Positions 35,711-45,674 of a DNA stretch of 64,000 nucleotides are shown in pieces. Source of the DNA: Bacteroidales bacterium. GTDB taxonomy: Bacteria; Bacteroidota; Bacteroidia; Bacteroidales; Azobacteroidaceae. Position 1 is the stretch's first letter. Every line of letters starts with the position of its first letter. A model generated the notes under the pieces. The model was not told the origin of the DNA. It ran no database searches and worked only from the letters and a program-made list of their open reading frames with translations. The stretch is taken from positions 28,251-92,250 of the forward strand of contig JAVBKZ010000021.1 of NCBI GenBank assembly GCA_031553755.1, read 5' to 3'. The position numbers were made by a program, and so were the translations under genes.

Positions 35711-37741
35711 ATGAATGTAAAATTGAAGTTGTGTTTGTTAATTGTGTCGTTGGTTTTGTTTAACCTTAATATTTTTTCAGCAATTGGGATTGAAAAAGCA
35801 GTGACTTCTATCTCGTTAAAAGTTCCGGGAAATCATTCAAAAGAATATAGTTTAACACCTCAACTTTTAAGAACCGGAGAATATAATCTGGTTAGTTCAG
35901 AAAAAGAATTTCCTGCAATTATTTCTCAAACAATAGAAAAAAGTGGAGGATCCGATCGAATTATAACGAAAATTAAAGCGGATGAAGACATTTACTTCAA
36001 TTTTGCTCAAAAAATAGAAAGTGGTTTTAACCACAACGACTGTCAGTTTTACATGCCCGGATTTTGGTACAGACGCAATCTTCGTTCTCCCAAAGAAGCG
36101 CCATCTTTTCATACTTCCGACAGTTGGATTTTCCGTGAAGACAGATTAAGTACTCCGTTAACAGGAATATATAATGAAAAAACAGGAGAATACATTACTG
36201 TTATTAGGATTGATGACTTCAAAAATGAGGCTTTGACCACCCACAAAGAAGGCGAAGTTATCGTTTCCGGAAAAACATCCATCGGTTACACCGGATTTGA
36301 AAATATAAACGGTCAATCTGCTCTTTCATTTGGATTTCCATACCATGAAGCCCCTAAAACATATATGAGAAAATTGACATTAAGTCCTGAAATATGCGCG
36401 TTTCAATGCTTGAAAAAAGGAGAATCACTAACGCTTGTATGGGAAGTTAACAAAAATAAAGTAAGTGACTTTTCTGAGTTCATTTCTAAAGTTTGGGAAT
36501 ATTCTTATGATCTTAATAAGCCTCAAGTTGTGAATACTCCTTACACCTCTGATGTCATGAAAGATGTAATAAGCAATTTTTTTACTCAAAGTTATGTTGA
36601 TAATAAAGCGTTGAAATATACTTCCGGCGTACACTTGCATATTGATGATTGTAAAAGTACAGGTATTGCTGAAGTTGGGTTTGTGGGTCGTGTTTTACTG
36701 AACGCTTTCAACGCGATGGAATATGGAGAACAAAAAAATCGTCCTGAATTAGTGAAAAATAGCCAAAAAATATTCGAAAGTTACCTTGGAAATGGCTTGA
36801 CTAATTCCGGATTTTTTAGAGAAGTTGTAGATTTTAAAAATAATTCAGAAGAACGCAACCTCAGTATACGCCGCCAGTCGGAAGGGCTTTACGCTATACT
36901 TTATTATCTTCAGTATGAAAAGAAACAAGGTCGTAAACATTCGGAATGGGAGCAAAAAGTGAAAAATATGTTAGATCTGATATTGAAATTACAGAAAGAA
37001 GACGGAAGTTTTCCCCGTAAATTTAAAGATGATTTAAATATTGTGGACAACAGCGGAGGAAGTACACCTTCGGCTACTCCCATGTTAGTGTTGGCATCCA
37101 AATATTTTAATGACAAAAAATATATGGAAAGCGCTAAAAAAACGGCGCGATATCTTGAAAAAGAAATTATCTCGAAAGCGGACTATTTTTCTTCTACCCT
37201 TGACGCGAATTGCGAAGACAAAGAAGCCTCATATTATGCTTCAACCGCTTTATATCATCTTTCATTATTTACTAAAGGGAAAGAAAGCCAATATTATAGC
37301 GATTTGGCAAAAAAATCAGCTTATTTCTGCCTGACATGGTATTATACTTGGGATGTTCCTTTCGCTCAAGGACAAATGTTGGGAGATGTAGGTTTAAAAT
37401 CTCGTGGTTGGGGAAATGTATCGGTTGAAAATAACCACATTGATGTTTATATTTTTGATTTTGCTACAGTTCTTAATTGGTTAGCAAATAAATACAACGA
37501 ACCTCGTTTTTCTGATTTTTCAAAAGTAATCACAACATCCATGTGCCAATTACTTCCTTATGAAGGACATCTATGTGAAATTGCCAAGAAAGGTTATTAT
37601 CCGGAAGTTGTTCAACATACCAATTGGGATTATGGTAAAAATGGCAAAGGTTTTTATAATGATATTTTTGCTCCGGGTTGGACAGTCGCCTCACTTTGGG
37701 AAATGTTGTCTCCCGAAAGAATACAATTATTCTTAAAATAA
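35711..37741 (+). CDS. Secreted hypothetical protein (676 aa), C-terminal half possibly alpha/alpha-toroid-like
   Basis: Signal/anchor MNVKLKLCLLIVSLVLFNLNIFSA. No catalytic motif recognised. The helix-rich C-terminal half with LQKEDGSFPRKF and repeated aromatic-rich helices resembles (alpha/alpha)6 barrels. This is inference only. Confidence 0.5.
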   Translation: MNVKLKLCLLIVSLVLFNLNIFSAIGIEKAVTSISLKVPGNHSKEYSLTPQLLRTGEYNLVSSEKEFPAIISQTIEKSGGSDRIITKIKADEDIYFNFAQKIESGFNHNDCQFYMPGFWYRRNLRSPKEAPSFHTSDSWIFREDRLSTPLTGIYNEKTGEYITVIRIDDFKNEALTTHKEGEVIVSGKTSIGYTGFENINGQSALSFGFPYHEAPKTYMRKLTLSPEICAFQCLKKGESLTLVWEVNKNKVSDFSEFISKVWEYSYDLNKPQVVNTPYTSDVMKDVISNFFTQSYVDNKALKYTSGVHLHIDDCKSTGIAEVGFVGRVLLNAFNAMEYGEQKNRPELVKNSQKIFESYLGNGLTNSGFFREVVDFKNNSEERNLSIRRQSEGLYAILYYLQYEKKQGRKHSEWEQKVKNMLDLILKLQKEDGSFPRKFKDDLNIVDNSGGSTPSATPMLVLASKYFNDKKYMESAKKTARYLEKEIISKADYFSSTLDANCEDKEASYYASTALYHLSLFTKGKESQYYSDLAKKSAYFCLTWYYTWDVPFAQGQMLGDVGLKSRGWGNVSVENNHIDVYIFDFATVLNWLANKYNEPRFSDFSKVITTSMCQLLPYEGHLCEIAKKGYYPEVVQHTNWDYGKNGKGFYNDIFAPGWTVASLWEMLSPERIQLFLK

Positions 37742-37793
37742 TCAATCACAAATTCTACAAAAAACTATTATACCCTTATTTATTTTTAAAATC

Positions 37794-40004
37794 ATGAAGA
37801 AAAAATTACTATCGTTAGGAATTAGTGCGATACTTGCTCTGGCAGCGACAGCACAAGATGTTGATTACACAAGTTTAATTAAAAACAACAGTTTTGAATA
37901 CGCATGGGAAAATCAACTCGCAGAACCAGGTATTGATGGTTGGATAACCACAGGTTCTGGTACTTGGCGACCTTTTGCTGCAACAGATGAAAACCACCAA
38001 AAATTTTATGGATGGAATGTAACTGATTGGAGTATAAGAGCGGGTGGTGGCAACTCTCAGTCGTTAGATAAATCCGCTAATGCGACTAAAGTTGGGGATT
38101 TTAATATTGTAATTTATGGCAATGGAAAGATTGGCTCGTTATGGGAATTGTCCCAGGTTATCAGTAAAGATGATCTTCCTGCAGGAATTTACAAAGTGCA
38201 AGCTCGTTTGGCGGTTAATGTTACCGGAACTAAACCTCGATTGACAAGTCAGCGTTTGTTTGCCAACCAAAGTGTACAATATCATGGACCTCAGACAACT
38301 TATACAAAAAATTTGACTACTGGAGAAGTCAATACTTTCGCAGGTTATCCTGGTACTGACGGATCTCTTGATGAAATGACGGTATATACAACAATTGGAG
38401 AAAATGACAGTTTAAAAATAGGTATTCGTACAGGATGTGTAAAACCAGATGGAACATTTGAAACAGGTAATATTGATCCTTTTTGGGGATGTTTTAAAGC
38501 CGACTATTTCCGTATTACAAGAATGAGTGACAACACAGACTATGTACCTTTTACGAAGCTTACTTCATTGTCTTTGAAAAATGGAGGACTCACATTAATT
38601 CCGGCTTTCAATCCTGAAATTAAAAATTATACGGTTTATCTTCCGGAAGGAACAACAACTGTAACTCCAATCGCAACAGCTCCGGCAGGAGGTGTCATAA
38701 CAGGTAATGGTGAAGTAACTTTAAATGGAGGATCTGGTACTTCTACAATTTTGGTTACAGCACCCAACGGAACAACTATAGGAACTTATACCATAAATTA
38801 TATAGTTTATACTTTTACAAATGCTGTTGATTGTTCTAATCTGATAACCAACAACAGTTTTGAATATGCTTGGGAAAATCAGCTTGCCGGAGAAGGAGAT
38901 GCTGCTCTTCCTGCAAATGGTTGGAAAAATGGCAATACTTGGCGTCCTAAGTACACTGCAAATACTAGTATTTATAATACATTTTATGGATGGGAGGTAA
39001 CAGATTGGAGCATGAGAAATGGTACTAACGATGCACAGTCGCTAGAAAAAGATGGTTATCCTAAAGATCAAAATTTTGATATCGCTATTATGGGGAATAA
39101 TTTCTTCAGTGGTGAATTGTGGGAAATGTATCAAGTTATCGACAAAAATGCCCTTTCTGCCGGAACATACAAAGTACAAGCTCGTTTGGCAGTTGATGGT
39201 CCTAAACAACGGACTACCCAACGTTTATTTGCCAACAATAAAGTGCAATATCATGGAACAGAAGAGCAATATGTAAATAACAAATACCTATTAGGAAACG
39301 AAGTCGCTACTTTTGCAGGCTATTCAGGTATTGTCAATGTTCTTGAAGAAATGAAAGTGTATGTTACTATCGGCGAAGATGACGATTTGATGATTGGTAT
39401 CCGATCTGGAAATAAAAAAACGGACGGAACATTTAATACAACTGCTACAGATCCGGTATGGGGTGGGTTCAAAGCTGATTATTTCCGCTTGATAAAAATT
39501 GACCCTGCTCAAGCGGCAGATGCCACGTTAAGCGGCATAACTTTAAATCCAAACGCTACATTTGTTCCAAATTTCAGTCCTCAAACTACATCCTATAATG
39601 TACAGTTGCCAGTTGGAACAAATTCTGTTACTCCTATGCTTCTTCCAACTATTCCTGATGCCAAAATTACAGGTGTTGGCGCGGTAGATGTGAGTTCCGG
39701 ATCGGGAGTTTCAACAATTGAAGTAACGGCTCTTAATGGTACAACAAAAAAAATATATACAATCAATTATTCAGCAGGACCTGTTACTGGCTTTAAAGAA
39801 GCAAAAGCCGTAGATTGTACATACAGTGTTGTTGACAGAAGATTGTCAGTTTTTGGAGTAGATGCTTATAGCGTATATTCTATAAACGGAGTAAAAATAG
39901 CCGATGTACGTAATAACGCCGAAAGGACTATTGTTGCTCTTGCTCAAGGAATTTATATTGTAAAAACAGCAAATAATCAAACGCTGAAAGTTATCGTAAG
40001 ATAA
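37794..40004 (+). CDS. T9SS-targeted protein with two tandem copies of a (CBM4/9-like jelly roll + cadherin-like beta-sandwich) unit
   Basis: Signal peptide MKKKLLSLGISAILALAATAQ. The units start VDYTSLIKNNSFEYAWENQL and VDCSNLITNNSFEYAWENQL. Cadherin-like segments (LTSLSLKNGGLTLIPAFNPEIKNYTVYLPEGTTTVTP and LSGITLNPNATFVPNFSPQTTSYNVQLPVGTNSVTP). T9SS-like tail (YSVYSINGVKI..GIYIVKT..LKVIVR). Confidence 0.65.
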   Translation: MKKKLLSLGISAILALAATAQDVDYTSLIKNNSFEYAWENQLAEPGIDGWITTGSGTWRPFAATDENHQKFYGWNVTDWSIRAGGGNSQSLDKSANATKVGDFNIVIYGNGKIGSLWELSQVISKDDLPAGIYKVQARLAVNVTGTKPRLTSQRLFANQSVQYHGPQTTYTKNLTTGEVNTFAGYPGTDGSLDEMTVYTTIGENDSLKIGIRTGCVKPDGTFETGNIDPFWGCFKADYFRITRMSDNTDYVPFTKLTSLSLKNGGLTLIPAFNPEIKNYTVYLPEGTTTVTPIATAPAGGVITGNGEVTLNGGSGTSTILVTAPNGTTIGTYTINYIVYTFTNAVDCSNLITNNSFEYAWENQLAGEGDAALPANGWKNGNTWRPKYTANTSIYNTFYGWEVTDWSMRNGTNDAQSLEKDGYPKDQNFDIAIMGNNFFSGELWEMYQVIDKNALSAGTYKVQARLAVDGPKQRTTQRLFANNKVQYHGTEEQYVNNKYLLGNEVATFAGYSGIVNVLEEMKVYVTIGEDDDLMIGIRSGNKKTDGTFNTTATDPVWGGFKADYFRLIKIDPAQAADATLSGITLNPNATFVPNFSPQTTSYNVQLPVGTNSVTPMLLPTIPDAKITGVGAVDVSSGSGVSTIEVTALNGTTKKIYTINYSAGPVTGFKEAKAVDCTYSVVDRRLSVFGVDAYSVYSINGVKIADVRNNAERTIVALAQGIYIVKTANNQTLKVIVR

Positions 40005-40015
40005 AAAATACATTA

Positions 40016-40070
40016 TTAGCACACAGAATACCTGAATATTAATAGTAATCTGTGTGCTAATTTTACTTTC
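40016..40070 (+). terminator. Intrinsic terminator
   Basis: TTAGCACACAGA (40016-40027) is the perfect complement of TCTGTGTGCTAA (40049-40060), followed by TTTTACTTTC. Confidence 0.7.
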
Positions 40071-40124
40071 AGTACAACTTTCATCTTTTACAAGAATTAT
40101 GTAAGAACCTAAAATAAAAATAGG

Positions 40125-42146
40125 ATGAAAATAAAAATACCATTTAGTATTATCTTCATATTGAGGAGTAAAATTACATTTATTCTTGCTCTTTTTATTT
40201 TTTCTTTAATTTTTACTAACTGTACAGAAGAATCAGACCATTTTTCTGATAAAGAAGAAGAGGAGGTTGTAACTCCCAATACAGCAAGGTTGCTTAGTGG
40301 TAATAAGAATATGCCTACAGGTGGTATGATTACAACTGAATACAAAGACTCTCCTGTTGCATCAACCATAGATAAACTGGTAGATGATAATGTCAATACT
40401 CTTTTTTCCACTCCTCATAAGAAATTTTATATACATTGGGACGGATATCAGTCTGTCATAGTAAATCATTACACCTTGACTTCGGGCGGTGATCGCTCTA
40501 TGGATCCTAAATCATGGACTCTTTCCGCGTCGTATAATAACATGTCTTGGATTGTAGTTGACAATCAGACCAATCAGGTTTTTACAAATACAGGAGAAAC
40601 GAAATCATATAGTTTTACTAACAAAACCACGTATAGATATTATAAGTTGGATATTACAGCCAACAATGGAGGTTCTTCAACTCAAATAGCAGAGTGGACT
40701 TTGGAAAAAAAAGAAAATCCGGACTTGCCTAATTCCGAAAATGTTGAAGTACAAAATACCAATGTACCCACAGCGGGAATTATTACTTCGCAGTACAGCG
40801 ACTCGCCCGAAGAGTCTAATATCCTTAAAATCATTGATTCAAACAATAATACAAAGTTTGTAACTCATCACAAGGAGTTTTATATTTTGTGGGAAGGTAG
40901 CGCAAAAGCGATGGTTACTTATTACGCGTTCACGTCTGCCGCTGAAAATCCGGAAATGGATCCTGAATCGTGGACTTTTTCTGCATCAAACGATAAGGAG
41001 TCGTGGACGGTCTTAGATACACAAAAAGAACAATTGTTTAAAACCAGAGGTGAAAAGAAAGAATATTATTTTAACAATACAATTGCTTATAAATTCTACA
41101 AATTAAATGTATTGAGTAATAAAGGTGGTGAATCCACACAAATAGCTGAGTGGAAAATGAGGGCTTTCCCCTCCAGTATGACTGACTTGATGACTTATTC
41201 AAATGGAAGGACATACTCATCACAGACTCCGATGGGCACAAAATTTCAGAATAGGCATGTTACCACAGCCGCGGATAAAATCTGGTTGTCCACCGCTTCA
41301 AATGAACCAGCGCTACTCAATTCAGCGTCGAGTCTCACTCAATGGAAAGAATTCGCGGTAACTCTTTATCCCTACAATGTTCCAATGCCTGCCGATGTGA
41401 ATCAACATGGTGTTGGCGACTGTTGCGCATTGGCTGTTTTTGCCTCATTTGCTTATATCTATCCCAATTTTATAAAAGATATAATTACAGATAATGGAGA
41501 CAAAACATATACCGTTGCCATGTTTGATCCACAAGGAAATCCTGTGGATGTAACAGTATCTTCTAAATTTTTGGCTGACAAAAATGGAACGATAGGAGCT
41601 GTAACCGGTAAAAATAACCGGGTGACTTGGGCTACCATACTCGAAAAAGCAATGATGAAATGGCAAAATATCTATAAAGTAAATGAAGATATTGGAGGAA
41701 TAGGTACCGAACATGTCGCACCGCTTTTTACCGGAGATGGTGACAGTTTCGCTTTTTCAGCGAACAAGTTGAATTCCGAACAGCTTTTACGAGCTGTGAT
41801 TGTGTCTCTCATTCAAGGTAAGATTGTTGTCGGTGGATTCACGAAAGGTGGAGTTGCCGTCAGCGGTAACCACAAAACTGTATCGGGACATGCTTTTACC
41901 ATGATGCATTCGTTAAACAAAACAGCTTTGTTCTCCATGCGTAATCCATGGGGAGGAGAAGAAGATGGGGTCTTAAATATTCCAGATAACGATATTATTC
42001 CACCAATGATTGATGTGCGTATTGTGAATCCGGGCAAAGCGGCAAAATATGCCAAAGGATCCACTGATCCCTATACACCTCCTAATTACGCTCCTTCCGA
42101 GAATCGCATTCGGGTCGCGGAAGAATTACTGAGATCAGGGATGTAA
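40125..42146 (+). CDS. Calpain-like (peptidase family C2) cysteine protease lipoprotein with two N-terminal discoidin (F5/8-C) modules
   Basis: Lipobox-like ..FSLIFTNCTEE. Two discoidin-like modules, each ending STQIAEW(T/K). C-terminal domain has the calpain-type triad context NQHGVGDCCALAVFAS (Cys), VSGHAFTMMH (His) and MRNPWGGEEDG (Asn). Confidence 0.7.
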   Translation: MKIKIPFSIIFILRSKITFILALFIFSLIFTNCTEESDHFSDKEEEEVVTPNTARLLSGNKNMPTGGMITTEYKDSPVASTIDKLVDDNVNTLFSTPHKKFYIHWDGYQSVIVNHYTLTSGGDRSMDPKSWTLSASYNNMSWIVVDNQTNQVFTNTGETKSYSFTNKTTYRYYKLDITANNGGSSTQIAEWTLEKKENPDLPNSENVEVQNTNVPTAGIITSQYSDSPEESNILKIIDSNNNTKFVTHHKEFYILWEGSAKAMVTYYAFTSAAENPEMDPESWTFSASNDKESWTVLDTQKEQLFKTRGEKKEYYFNNTIAYKFYKLNVLSNKGGESTQIAEWKMRAFPSSMTDLMTYSNGRTYSSQTPMGTKFQNRHVTTAADKIWLSTASNEPALLNSASSLTQWKEFAVTLYPYNVPMPADVNQHGVGDCCALAVFASFAYIYPNFIKDIITDNGDKTYTVAMFDPQGNPVDVTVSSKFLADKNGTIGAVTGKNNRVTWATILEKAMMKWQNIYKVNEDIGGIGTEHVAPLFTGDGDSFAFSANKLNSEQLLRAVIVSLIQGKIVVGGFTKGGVAVSGNHKTVSGHAFTMMHSLNKTALFSMRNPWGGEEDGVLNIPDNDIIPPMIDVRIVNPGKAAKYAKGSTDPYTPPNYAPSENRIRVAEELLRSGM

Positions 42147-42148
42147 AA

Positions 42149-42172
42149 ATAACGTTTCCTCTGAAATGTTAT
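42149..42172 (+). terminator. Weak hairpin after the calpain-like gene
   Basis: ATAACGTTT-cctctg-AAATGTTAT, 9 bp with one G-U pair. No clear T-tract. Confidence 0.3.
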
Positions 42173-42210
42173 ATACATAAATAAATTTAACAAAGAATGA
42201 TAAAATAATA

Positions 42211-45200
42211 ATGAAAACACAGAAACTTAAAATTATTGCTTTTTGCCTTTCGGCTATTCTTTTTGCAAATACTGTGAAAGCGGAAGAACCGAACATTGTT
42301 GTAGACGGAAATGCTCGTTTTACTGTACTTACTCCAAGTTTAATAAGAACAGAATATTCTGGTGATGGAGTCTTCGAAAACAAGAAAAGCTATAACATTG
42401 TGGATCATAACTTGACTTCCACTTCCTATACGACAAAAGTAAACGATGGTTGGCGTGAAATTGAAACAGAAAAGCTATTACTTCGTTACAAACAAAACTC
42501 AGGAGCTTTTGATTCCACCAATTTAGTTATCAATTTAAAAGAACGGCTAACCTATGCAAAACCTTGGGTTTCAACAACAGGGAGTAGCTTTTTTCAGAGT
42601 GAAGCCGAAAAACTTAAACTCTATGGAGGCGCGACGACAGCTACTGATCATAAAAACTATACAGGTACCGGATTTGTCGCAGGACTTAAGTATGTCGGAG
42701 CGGGAATGCAATGGTCAATGAATAATGATATATTCGCAGGAGAATATATCATCTCTTTAAGATATTGTAGCGGCAAAGGAGCTCAAACCATTAGTTTATA
42801 TATAGATGGAGTGAGAACACAAATACAATTGGAGGCAACAGCCGATTGGGATACATGGAAAACCTTCACAAAAAAAATAGATTTAGCCAAAGGGTCACAT
42901 ACTTTCAAAGTGCAATGTGACGCTGAAGATACCTACAACGTCAATTTCGATTGGGTAAGTGTATTGCCAAATATTGGTATAAATCAAATTTGTGAAGCTG
43001 AAAATGCCAATCTTGAAGGAGGCGCTTCAAACGCGAGTAATCATGCGGGATTCAGTGGAACAGGCTTTGTCGCAGGATTGAAAGTTGTAGGAGCCAAAAT
43101 TACATGGAACGTAAACAACTCTTTGTCTGCAGGAAATTACACGCTTACAATTAAATACACGAATGGCATTCCGGCCGACAATCAACATATTGCCCGGACA
43201 ATAAGTTTATACATAAACAACGTAAAAACTCAAATCACACTTGAACCTACAGCGGATTGGGCAACATGGGGATTTTTCACAAAAACAGTTCCATTGATTG
43301 CGGGACAAAACACCATCGTTTTATCATGTGATACCGGCGACTCGTACAATGTAAATATTGACTGGCTAACCCTTACTCAGGTGGAAGGAGAATTACCGAA
43401 AGAAAATATTATCCCTGTATCATCCAGTTCAAATCTGGGAGCATGGTCGCGTGGATTAGATGAGAAAAAAGGATCAATTCCTTTGTGGGATGGAATTTTA
43501 AGCCGCGATGGTTGGTACTTGTTAGATGATAGCCAAACAGCGTTGCAAGATGGAGAAGGTTGGGTGGTCGATCGTCCGGTTCATGCCGGAGGCTATTTAG
43601 ATGGTTATTTCTTTGGATATGGAAATGATTATCAAACTGCTTTAAAAGAATTTTACAAGATAACAGGAAATCCGGTTTTACTTCCTAAATGGGCTTTTGG
43701 AGTCTGGTATTCAATCAATTCGGAAACATACACGAATGCTGCTTATTACAAAAATACATTATTACCAAAATTCCGTTCAGAGAAACTTCCGTTAGATGTG
43801 TTGGTAGTTGATACCGACTGGAAAACTCCAGAACGTTGGAATGGTTGGAATTGGATTAGCACGAATTTCCCAGATCCACAAGGATTTATGGATTGGACAA
43901 AAGAACAAAATTTGGTCATCCCATTAAATGTTCATCCGACCATTCAGAATAATGATCCGAGATTCGCTCAAACAAATACCACAGCGGGAGGATTAATCCA
44001 AAATGGCAGTAGGTATCATTTTGATTTTACCAATAAAAAGCATACGAAAGCTTATTTTGATTTGCATGAACCATTTAATAGTCAAGGAGTTCGTTTCTGG
44101 TGGTTTGATCAAGCAGAAACTCCAAACTCTCAAGTGGCCGGAGTACCAGCAGATACATGGATAAATGGTCTGTATGCCAAATATGCAAATGATCAAAATT
44201 TGCGTGGGTTTGCATTTTCACGGATTGGCTCAGGGCATGCCGGTTATAGTGATAGCAGAACTCCCGGAATCGCATGGTCGGAACACCGTTACACATTGCA
44301 TTTTACCGGTGATACATACAACGAATGGAGTATGCTTGCTTTTCAATCTACTTTCACGATCAAGGAAGCCAATATAGGTATTCCATACGTTTCACATGAT
44401 TTAGGTAGTTATCATGGAAATCATTTAAGTGATGACATGTATATGCGCTGGGTACAATTTGGAACTTTCCAACCGATTTTCCGTTTGCATTCCAAACGAG
44501 GAGAACGTTTACCTTGGCAATATCCTAATGTAGCTCAACAGGCAACTGAGTTTATTCGTTTACGTGAAGCGTTGGTTCCCTATACCTATTCTTTAGCTCA
44601 CGAATCATCAACAGGTGGTATGCCCATTGTAAGAGGAATGTATTTTTATTATCCAGAAGCAGCAGAATCTTATACATTTGATAAACAATATTTTTATGGA
44701 GAAAAAATGCTTGTATCTCCGATTGTAACTGCCGGAGCTACAGCTTCGACACAAGTTTGGTTTCCTGAAGGCACTTGGATTAATTATTTTACCAATGAAA
44801 AAATAGCTGGGCCAAAAACACAAAACATAACTGCCGATTATAGTACAATGCCTGTTTTTGTGAAAGCCGGAGGTATTATTCCATTGGCGCCATATTCCGA
44901 TTGCGTTAGTCAAATGACTGCAGAATCTCTTATCTTAAAAGTATATGCAGGAGACGATGGTGAATTTACCTTGTATGAAGATGAAGGAGAAAATTTGAAT
45001 TATCAAAATAGTAAATACGCATTAACAAAATGTATATACAAAGAACAAGACAGAAAATTCTCAATCAAAGCATCTCAGGGAGATTATACGGGAGCCGCTA
45101 AACAACGCGCGTATGATATTGGATTTTATAATGCCGTTATTCCTGAAAGAATCTTAGTGAATGGAGTTCAACTGAATCGAATAGCGGCTGCATCCGGAGA

Positions 45201-45555
45201 AGGTTGGTGGGTTGTTAATGACGCGGTTTACATTCATTTGGATAAACGTGCGGTTACTTCTGATATTGAAGTAGTTTTCAATGGTGTTTCTTCTGCCTTG
45301 CCTTCGGAAATTATAAATCAGGAAATAAAATTATATCCGAATCCGGCAATAGACCAATTTACTATTGAATTGGGTGATATGATGAATGAAGTGTCTGTAG
45401 TACGCATTTATGATTTTTTTGGAAAAATTATGTTTAATAAATCAGTTGTTGGAGAAAAAATAATAATAAATGCTCATACTTTTGCTAAAGGAATTTATTT
45501 TGTAGAGATCGATAAAGGAGTAAATAGATATACTCAAAAATTAATTATTAAGTAG
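42211..45555 (+). CDS. T9SS-targeted GH31 enzyme with two inserted CBM6/35-like modules
   Basis: Signal peptide MKTQKLKIIAFCLSAILFANTVKA. CBM35-like modules (SEAEKLKLYGGATTATDHKNYTGTGFVAG and CEAENANLEGGASNASNHAGFSGTGFVAG). GH31-like core (KWAFGVWYS, LPLDVLVVDTDWK, RFWWFDQAE, HFTGD). T9SS tail (IKLYPNPAIDQF..GIYFVEI..QKLIIK). Confidence 0.8.
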   Translation: MKTQKLKIIAFCLSAILFANTVKAEEPNIVVDGNARFTVLTPSLIRTEYSGDGVFENKKSYNIVDHNLTSTSYTTKVNDGWREIETEKLLLRYKQNSGAFDSTNLVINLKERLTYAKPWVSTTGSSFFQSEAEKLKLYGGATTATDHKNYTGTGFVAGLKYVGAGMQWSMNNDIFAGEYIISLRYCSGKGAQTISLYIDGVRTQIQLEATADWDTWKTFTKKIDLAKGSHTFKVQCDAEDTYNVNFDWVSVLPNIGINQICEAENANLEGGASNASNHAGFSGTGFVAGLKVVGAKITWNVNNSLSAGNYTLTIKYTNGIPADNQHIARTISLYINNVKTQITLEPTADWATWGFFTKTVPLIAGQNTIVLSCDTGDSYNVNIDWLTLTQVEGELPKENIIPVSSSSNLGAWSRGLDEKKGSIPLWDGILSRDGWYLLDDSQTALQDGEGWVVDRPVHAGGYLDGYFFGYGNDYQTALKEFYKITGNPVLLPKWAFGVWYSINSETYTNAAYYKNTLLPKFRSEKLPLDVLVVDTDWKTPERWNGWNWISTNFPDPQGFMDWTKEQNLVIPLNVHPTIQNNDPRFAQTNTTAGGLIQNGSRYHFDFTNKKHTKAYFDLHEPFNSQGVRFWWFDQAETPNSQVAGVPADTWINGLYAKYANDQNLRGFAFSRIGSGHAGYSDSRTPGIAWSEHRYTLHFTGDTYNEWSMLAFQSTFTIKEANIGIPYVSHDLGSYHGNHLSDDMYMRWVQFGTFQPIFRLHSKRGERLPWQYPNVAQQATEFIRLREALVPYTYSLAHESSTGGMPIVRGMYFYYPEAAESYTFDKQYFYGEKMLVSPIVTAGATASTQVWFPEGTWINYFTNEKIAGPKTQNITADYSTMPVFVKAGGIIPLAPYSDCVSQMTAESLILKVYAGDDGEFTLYEDEGENLNYQNSKYALTKCIYKEQDRKFSIKASQGDYTGAAKQRAYDIGFYNAVIPERILVNGVQLNRIAAASGEGWWVVNDAVYIHLDKRAVTSDIEVVFNGVSSALPSEIINQEIKLYPNPAIDQFTIELGDMMNEVSVVRIYDFFGKIMFNKSVVGEKIIINAHTFAKGIYFVEIDKGVNRYTQKLIIK

Positions 45556-45565
45556 GAATAAACGC

Positions 45566-45598
45566 AAAAAAGGTTTATCAACCTTATTTGTTGATTTG
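45566..45598 (+). terminator. Candidate intrinsic terminator after GH31
   Basis: AAGGTT-tatc-AACCTT (45570-45585) followed by ATTTGTTGATTTG. Confidence 0.45.
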
Positions 45599-45633
45599 TA
45601 GTCTCAATGTTTTTTTAATCAAAGATGAATCAA

Positions 45634-45655
45634 CCGGCCTCGGTTAAGAGGCCGG
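45634..45655 (+). other. GC-rich hairpin 20 nt upstream of the TldD-like start codon
   Basis: CCGGCCTC-ggttaa-GAGGCCGG, a perfect 8 bp G/C-rich stem in an AT-rich spacer. No T-tract follows. Confidence 0.5.
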
Positions 45656-45674
45656 TAGTAAATATGTATTTATA

